Source: Candidatus Kaiserbacteria bacterium
Lineage (GTDB): Bacteria; Patescibacteriota; Minisyncoccia; Phycocordibacterales; UBA2100
NCBI GenBank assembly: GCA_016432285.1
Contig: CP066682.1
Coordinates: forward strand, 439,072-503,071
Length of the DNA stretch: 64,000 nucleotides
Direction: 5' to 3'
The position numbers and the translations under genes were made by a program. The notes under the pieces are model-generated. The model was not told the origin of the DNA. It saw only the letters and a program-made list of their open reading frames with translations, and ran no database searches. This document shows, one piece after another, positions 58,853-64,000 of this stretch (position 1 is the stretch's first letter; every line of letters starts with the position of its first letter).

Positions 58853-59141
58853 CTTTACCCGAAAGATTGAAGACTTCATTTGTGAACACTGTGGGCAGAC
58901 CGTGAAAGGGACCGGCTACACCAATCACTGCCCGCAGTGTTTGTGGTCGAAGCATGTCGACCAGAATCCCGGCGACCGTGCGGAGGCCTGCGGCGGTACG
59001 ATGGCCCCGATTCGCGTTGAGGGCGGCACCGACGCCTACGTGCTCATACATCGCTGCGAAAAATGCGGGGTGGAGAAGCGCAACAAAGTAGACGCGCGCG
59101 ACAGCTCGGCCGCACTCCTTACGATTGCCAAAGGGCGATGA
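58849..59141 (+). CDS. RNHCP-domain zinc-ribbon protein
   Basis: CEHCG...YTNHCPQCLWSKH...CGG...HRCEKCG: four CxxC pairs plus the RNHCP signature. Hidden inside spurious ORF 58035-59141. Confidence 0.65.
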
Positions 59142-59159
59142 GCCTTACATAATGGTGCG

Positions 59160-59615
59160 ATGGCGGAGCAAGAAGACTACGCGCGGCAGCATCTTTTAGG
59201 CAGCACCGGAGTGCCGCACTACCATGGCGATCTCGTCCGGCAGGTATTCATGATTGCTTCGGCCGCAATGCTTCTCGGCCTCCCATTTTACGGAGATTCT
59301 TTGCGACTCGAGCTTCCTTTCGTGCTGGTGGGTGGACTTGTCTTAATTGCTCTTGCGGCTCTCACGAATCCACACGCGGGTACGGTGATGTACGCGAGTG
59401 CGATCGCTTCCGGAGTGGGATTGGCCATCTATCAGACCTGGGCACTTTTTTCATACGATGAAAGCACCTGGACGCAGTTTTTACTTCGCGAAGTGGTCGC
59501 TCTTCTTTTTTTGGTGGCCTTCTATTTCAGCATGAAAACAGTTCGCGCGCTCATTTTTCACCAGATCGGCAAGCACGAGGAGGCGGGGGAGTTTGACGAA
59601 CCTCAGGCTCGCTAG
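59160..59615 (+). CDS. hypothetical 4-TM membrane protein
   Basis: 151 aa, four hydrophobic helices. CATAAT 6 nt upstream. Confidence 0.5.
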   Translation: MAEQEDYARQHLLGSTGVPHYHGDLVRQVFMIASAAMLLGLPFYGDSLRLELPFVLVGGLVLIALAALTNPHAGTVMYASAIASGVGLAIYQTWALFSYDESTWTQFLLREVVALLFLVAFYFSMKTVRALIFHQIGKHEEAGEFDEPQAR

Positions 59616-59627
59616 CGGATTCTCCAT

Positions 59628-60221
59628 ATGGCTGCCAAGAAAATTTTTCTGCTACTCGGACATCCGGATAAGAGCGGCATGTGCGGCGCGCTCGCCGACA
59701 CGTACGAGAGCGCGGCGAAAGCGGCGGGGCACATGGTGCAGCGCCTCAATATCGGGGAGATGCAATTCGATCCGATCCTCCGGAGGGGGTACCGGGCGCG
59801 ACAAGATTTGGAGCCGGATCTCGCGAAGTTTCAGGAGCTCGTGTACTGGGCCGACCATGTGGTGATCGTGTACCCCGTGTGGTGGGTCGGGATGCCCGCC
59901 ATCCTCAAAGGGCTCTTTGATCGCGCGTGGCTTCCCGGCTCCGCTTTTCGCTACATCAAAACCCATGCCGGCACGCGTACGATCTTTTGGCACCGGCTCT
60001 TTCGTGGCAAATCGGCGCGTATCATCATGACGAGCGGCACGCATCCGATCCTCGTGCGCTTTCTGCCGGGCAACGTCAACGCGCAGCTGAAGTGGGGGAT
60101 TCTGTGGTTCGCGGGTTTTCGCGTATCCACCGTGTGGTTTGGGCCGGCCGAAAACGTGCCGGAGCATCGCAAAGCGCGTTGGCTTCAGAAGGTGGCGATG
60201 CTCGGCAAACGCGGGAAGTAG
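59628..60221 (+). CDS. NAD(P)H dehydrogenase (quinone)/flavodoxin-like FMN reductase family
   Basis: LLLGHPDKSGMCGALADTYESAA N-terminus and ADHVVIVYPVWWVGMPAILKG are typical of the Flavodoxin_2/NQO-like fold. Confidence 0.65.
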   Translation: MAAKKIFLLLGHPDKSGMCGALADTYESAAKAAGHMVQRLNIGEMQFDPILRRGYRARQDLEPDLAKFQELVYWADHVVIVYPVWWVGMPAILKGLFDRAWLPGSAFRYIKTHAGTRTIFWHRLFRGKSARIIMTSGTHPILVRFLPGNVNAQLKWGILWFAGFRVSTVWFGPAENVPEHRKARWLQKVAMLGKRGK

Positions 60222-60269
60222 CGTTCTGCGCTTCTTGACAGGGAAGCCGGATCGCTGCAAAATCGCGGC

Positions 60270-60995
60270 ATGAACAGACTCACTACAAGATTCGCCCCGG
60301 TCCTCATCATCTTGGCGTTCGCCATTGCGGCTGTTTTGACCTTCGCCACGCCCGCCTTCGCGGACGGCCACTGGTGCGGATCCACATGGTCTTCCTTCCC
60401 GTGCACTTCCTCCGATTGGGGCAACCAGGGGTATCAGGGCTACCAGTGGGGTGCCGGAACGTATCCTGGATATTACGGCTCCACCTACCCGACCTATCCG
60501 AACAATTATTACGGCTACAACCAGTATCCATACAGCTATCAATACCCGTACGGCTACCAGTATCAGTATGGCAACTCGTACTACCAGTACGGCTACAACC
60601 GCCCGACCTGTACGATTTCGTACTCTGCGCAGAACACGTACGGCAATTACTACGGCAACGGCTACTATGGCAACAGCTACTCCGGCAACTCCGGCAACTA
60701 CGGCAATTACGGTTACTACAATCCGGCGCAGCCGATCACGCTCACGTGGACTTCGCAGAACGCCTCCTCGGCGAGCATCACGGGCGTCGGGTCGGTGCAA
60801 ACGAGCGGCTCAATGACGGTCTACCCGGCGGGCAACACGACCTACACGATGACCGTGCAGGGCGCAGGCGGCAGCAACTCCTGCCAGACGGCGTACTATC
60901 CGACACTCCAGTACCAGAGCTATCCGTATGGTTACGGTTACGGGCAGAACTACGGCTATCCGTACTACGGCAACAATTACAACTACGGGTACTAA
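60270..60995 (+). CDS. secreted Tyr/Gly/Asn/Gln-rich low-complexity protein with central Thr/Ser-rich beta segment
   Basis: Signal peptide (AFAIAAVLTFATPAFA). >25% Tyr in YGY/YQY/NYY repeats. Cys near both ends. Paralogous in composition to 2468-2977. Confidence 0.55.
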   Translation: MNRLTTRFAPVLIILAFAIAAVLTFATPAFADGHWCGSTWSSFPCTSSDWGNQGYQGYQWGAGTYPGYYGSTYPTYPNNYYGYNQYPYSYQYPYGYQYQYGNSYYQYGYNRPTCTISYSAQNTYGNYYGNGYYGNSYSGNSGNYGNYGYYNPAQPITLTWTSQNASSASITGVGSVQTSGSMTVYPAGNTTYTMTVQGAGGSNSCQTAYYPTLQYQSYPYGYGYGQNYGYPYYGNNYNYGY

Positions 60996-61033
60996 ATAGA
61001 TAAAGAGCGCGCTCTCTGCTATGATTCGCGCTC

Positions 61034-62134
61034 ATGTCGCTCAGCATCGGTATTGTAGGGCTCCCCAATGTGGGAAAGTCGACGCTTTTTAACGCGCTCA
61101 CGCGAAAGGGCGTGCTCATTGCCAACTACCCATTTGCCACGATCGACCCGTCGGTCGGAGTGGTCGCTGTGCCCGATCACCGACTCGACAAGCTCTCTGC
61201 CATGTCGAAATCAGAGAAAACGATTCCGGCGGCTGTGGAGTTCGTCGACATCGCCGGCCTCGTGAAAGGTGCCTCGGAGGGGGAGGGCCTGGGCAACCAG
61301 TTTCTTTCGCACATCCGCGAAGTGGACGCGATCGCAGAGGTGGTGCGTGTCTTCGACGACGAAGATATTCACCACGTGGCTGGCGACGTCGATCCTCGAT
61401 ACGACATTGAGGTGATCGATCTGGAGCTCGTGCAAGCCGATTTGCAGGGCGCTGAAAAGCGGCTCGAACGGGCCGAGCGCGACTCGAAGGGCGGAGAAAA
61501 AGAGATCGTTGCGGAGCGAGATATTTTGCGAAAAATCGTGCCCGTTTTGAAAGCCGGTAAGGCGGCGCGGTCCGCGCCGCTCTCGGCAGACGAATCAGCA
61601 CGCGCCAAAAAACTCAACCTTCTCACCATGAAGCCAATTCTCTATGTCCTCAACAGAAAGAGCGGCGCGGTCAATATAGACGCCGAAGGGGGAGAGAGGT
61701 GGCGGGAGTTGAAAAGTTTTCTCGAACAGAGCAACTCACAGTACGTCTTCGTGGATGCGGGAGTGGAGAACGATCTTTCAGACGTGCACACCGACGAGAA
61801 AGCGGACTTCCGGCGCGAGCTCGGTGTGTCAGATGACGGGCTCGATGGCTTGATTCGCGCGGGCTACACGCTTTTGGATTTGATTTCATTCTTTACGACT
61901 GGCGAAGACGAGAGCCGCGCGTGGACGATCAAACGCGGCTCCACTGCGCCCGAAGCCGGCGCTGCTATTCACAGCGACTTTCGCGACAAGTTCATCCGCG
62001 CGGAGACGATTCGCTGGGACGTGCTGCTTGCAGCCAGCTCGTGGGTGGGCGCGCGCGAAAAGGGACTGGTGCGAAGCGAGGGCAGGGAATACGTAGTGCA
62101 GGACGGCGACGTAATGGAGTTCAAACACTCCTAA
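61034..62134 (+). CDS. ychF: ribosome-binding ATPase YchF
   Basis: G1 [10 protein letters not shown]3 DIAGLV. NKxD-like region. C-terminal TGS domain. TATGAT 8 nt upstream. Confidence 0.9.
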   Translation: MSLSIGIVGLPNVGKSTLFNALTRKGVLIANYPFATIDPSVGVVAVPDHRLDKLSAMSKSEKTIPAAVEFVDIAGLVKGASEGEGLGNQFLSHIREVDAIAEVVRVFDDEDIHHVAGDVDPRYDIEVIDLELVQADLQGAEKRLERAERDSKGGEKEIVAERDILRKIVPVLKAGKAARSAPLSADESARAKKLNLLTMKPILYVLNRKSGAVNIDAEGGERWRELKSFLEQSNSQYVFVDAGVENDLSDVHTDEKADFRRELGVSDDGLDGLIRAGYTLLDLISFFTTGEDESRAWTIKRGSTAPEAGAAIHSDFRDKFIRAETIRWDVLLAASSWVGAREKGLVRSEGREYVVQDGDVMEFKHS

Positions 62135-62231
62135 CAAAATACGGCAGTCAGACTGCCGTATTTCGCGCGCGCGATACGCGGCGAAATGCACTCTTTGTCA
62201 AATCCGCGCAGAGACGCTACGATGCAGGCAT

Positions 62232-63146
62232 ATGGATACATCCAGGGTTACCCCAAAGGATTTCTTCCTCTGGGCAGGTGCGATGTTCGCTCTCTATGGG
62301 AGCGTCATCTCTCTTATCACGCTTCTCTTTCAGTACATTAATTATCTCTACCCCGACGCGCTCGATTACTACGTCGATCCCTTTTCGGGGGGCATTCGCT
62401 TCGCCATGGCGACGCTGATCGTGCTCGTGCCGGTCGCGCTCGTTTTGATGCGACTCATCCGCAACGATATCGTAAAGATTCCGCAGAAAGCAGAGCTCTG
62501 GGTGCGGCGCTGGGCGCTGGTGCTCACGGTATTCGTAGCCGGAGCTGCCGTCGTTGGAGACCTCATTACACTCGTCAACTACTTCCTCGGCGGAGAGATC
62601 ACTGTTCGTTTCATCCTGAAAGTGCTCGCGCTCCTTCTGGTAGCGGGCGGTGTGTTCCTGCACTTCCTTGCGGATTTGCGTGGCTACTGGGTGGCGAACC
62701 CGGGTCGTGCAAAAACGGTCGGAGTGGCTGCGGGCGTTGCCGTCCTGCTCACGATTCTCGCTGGCTTCCTGATCCTCGGCACGCCCGGCGAGGTGCGCCT
62801 CAAGCGGCTCGACGTGCAGAAGACGGAGGACCTCTCCAACATCCAGTGGCAGATCATCAACTACTGGCAACAGAAAGAAGCGCTCCCCGCGAGTCTCGTG
62901 GATCTTGAGGATCCGCTCGGCGGCCAAATGATTCCGACCGACCCGCAGACGGGAGAGGCATACGTCTACCGCAAGACAGCCGATCTCCAATTTTCGCTCT
63001 GCGCCACTTTCAACAGCGAGAGCACCGACCGAGGCACCGTGCGGCCGTACGATTCGCTTGAGGGCAACTGGAAACACGGAGTGGGGGAGGTGTGTTTCGA
63101 CCGAACCATCGATCCCGAGCGTTATCCGCCGTATCCGAAAAATTAG
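62232..63146 (+). CDS. DUF5671-like membrane protein (N-terminal 6-TM domain + C-terminal soluble domain)
   Basis: Multiple TM helices, then a PxDPxTGExY C-terminal motif that resembles type-II-secretion pseudopilin-like domains. Confidence 0.45.
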   Translation: MDTSRVTPKDFFLWAGAMFALYGSVISLITLLFQYINYLYPDALDYYVDPFSGGIRFAMATLIVLVPVALVLMRLIRNDIVKIPQKAELWVRRWALVLTVFVAGAAVVGDLITLVNYFLGGEITVRFILKVLALLLVAGGVFLHFLADLRGYWVANPGRAKTVGVAAGVAVLLTILAGFLILGTPGEVRLKRLDVQKTEDLSNIQWQIINYWQQKEALPASLVDLEDPLGGQMIPTDPQTGEAYVYRKTADLQFSLCATFNSESTDRGTVRPYDSLEGNWKHGVGEVCFDRTIDPERYPPYPKN

Positions 63147-63154
63147 TTGCATGC

Positions 63155-63186
63155 GGCAGCGCGGGCGCTTAAGCGCCCGCGCTGCC
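63155..63186. repeat. 32-bp perfect palindrome GGCAGCGCGGGCGC-TTAA-GCGCCCGCGCTGCC
   Basis: Lies between the upstream gene's stop and the leuS start. No T-run. Confidence 0.7.
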
Positions 63187-63203
63187 TATGCTACGCTGTT
63201 GCG

Positions 63204-64000
63204 ATGAAGGCCTACGACCACACGCGAATCGAGAAGAAATGGCAGAAAGAGTGGGAAAACAAGGGGCTGTACAAGACCTCCGACACCGCGAAGGGCAAGG
63301 ATAATTTTTATCTCCTTACCGAGTTCCCGTACCCATCGGGCAATCTCCACGTAGGCCACTGGTACGCCTTTGCGGTGCCCGATATCCTCGCGCGGAAGCT
63401 TCGCATGGAAGGGAAGAATGTGCTCTACCCGATAGGCTTCGACGCCTTCGGCTTGCCGGCGGAGAACGCCGCCATCAAACACAAGCTCGATCCCGCGAAA
63501 TGGACGCGCGGCAACATTGAGTACATGAAAAAACAGATCCGCTCCATGGGCGCTTCCTTCGACTGGAGCAGGGAAGTGATTACCTGCGACCCCTCGTACT
63601 ACCGGTGGACGCAATGGCTCTTCCTCCAGTTTTTCAAAAAAGGGCTCGCGTATCGCAAAGAAACCGCGGTCAACTGGTGCCCCAAAGACAAAACCGTGCT
63701 CGCCAACGAGCAGGTCGTGGACGGCCGCTGCGAGCGCTGCGATAGCGAGGTGGTGCAGAAAATGATGCTCCAGTGGAATCTCAAGATCACCGATTATGCG
63801 GACCGGTTGATCGAGGACCTCACCGGTCTCGACTGGCCGCAACAGATCAAGGATTCGCAGCGCAACTGGATCGGCCGCTCCGAGGGGGCGGAGATCGATT
63901 TTCCACTCCGGCTTTCGCCAGAAAAAAAGTACACATACGTTTTGCTTCACGGCTTTACCGGGACACCGGACGCGCCACGCTTTTTGTACTGGAAGACAGA
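63204..64000 (+). CDS. leuS: leucine--tRNA ligase (5' part; continues beyond the window)
   Basis: HVGH (HIGH-type) motif. N-terminus MKAYDHTRIEKKWQKEWE. CP1 zinc-knuckle Cys. The frame is open to the window end. Confidence 0.85.
   Translation, partial: MKAYDHTRIEKKWQKEWENKGLYKTSDTAKGKDNFYLLTEFPYPSGNLHVGHWYAFAVPDILARKLRMEGKNVLYPIGFDAFGLPAENAAIKHKLDPAKWTRGNIEYMKKQIRSMGASFDWSREVITCDPSYYRWTQWLFLQFFKKGLAYRKETAVNWCPKDKTVLANEQVVDGRCERCDSEVVQKMMLQWNLKITDYADRLIEDLTGLDWPQQIKDSQRNWIGRSEGAEIDFPLRLSPEKKYTYVLLHGFTGTPDAPRFLYWKT

Noticed and set aside
58035-59141. 368-aa plus-strand ORF spanning the end of the secreted protein gene and the RNHCP gene
   Set aside because: Only the last 97 codons (from ATG 58849) form a recognisable zinc-ribbon protein. 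The upstream part is an R/G-rich shadow of the real frame 56857-58752.

Overview
This is a high-GC (~60%) bacterial chromosomal segment with a few AT-rich islets. It has compact gene organisation, many short proteins, a short DNA polymerase III delta-prime subunit, a tRNA carrying a group I intron, and very few Shine-Dalgarno sites, which is compatible with a CPR/Patescibacteria-like or other streamlined monoderm bacterium; this assignment is inference only. Most content is core housekeeping. It includes ppsA, def-fmt, two mreB paralogs, mreC-mreD-mrdA, proS, frr, rseP, greA, prs and guaA. It also includes the mraZ-rsmH-ftsL-ftsI-murF division/cell-wall cluster, a PfkB kinase next to ahcY, a complete F1Fo ATP synthase operon, ychF and the 5' part of leuS. 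RNA genes found by hand-folding: tRNA-Val(CAC), tRNA-Pro(CGG), tRNA-Pro(GGG), tRNA-Ala(CGC), tRNA-Ala(GGC), tRNA-Arg(CCG, minus strand), tRNA-Glu(CUC), and a tRNA (probably Asn-GUU) split by a ~204-nt group I intron. No rRNA or CRISPR array was seen. Accessory or unusual content is listed here. (1) Two AT-rich islets next to tRNA genes: a 2-TM orphan protein 3' of the intron-containing tRNA, and a PP2C phosphatase beside a four-tRNA cluster. (2) A 41-bp perfect direct repeat carrying the tRNA-Ala 3' end plus terminator, bracketing a 3.6-kb segment. (3) A short repeat family (GAGGCGGGGTCGCGG ... GTGACCGATTCC) with tRNA 3'-end fragments at both the tRNA-Glu and tRNA-Arg loci, upstream of an orphan Flp pilin gene. 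(4) Two secreted, extremely Tyr/Gly/Asn-rich proteins. (5) A secreted lysozyme-like protein with a Gly-rich linker, followed by an RNHCP-type zinc-ribbon gene with a decayed tandem fragment. (6) A hypothetical-rdgB-NUDIX insertion between atpG and atpD, and a large inverted-repeat hairpin between atpE and atpF. (7) A 29-bp perfect palindrome present twice, once inside a CDS. (8) Tandem 65-bp palindrome-containing repeats in a divergent promoter region. (9) A pervasive TAnAnT -10 box 6-9 nt upstream of start codons, suggesting leaderless mRNAs. Many long ORFs in the six-frame track are antisense or frame-shifted shadows typical of high-GC DNA and were not called.
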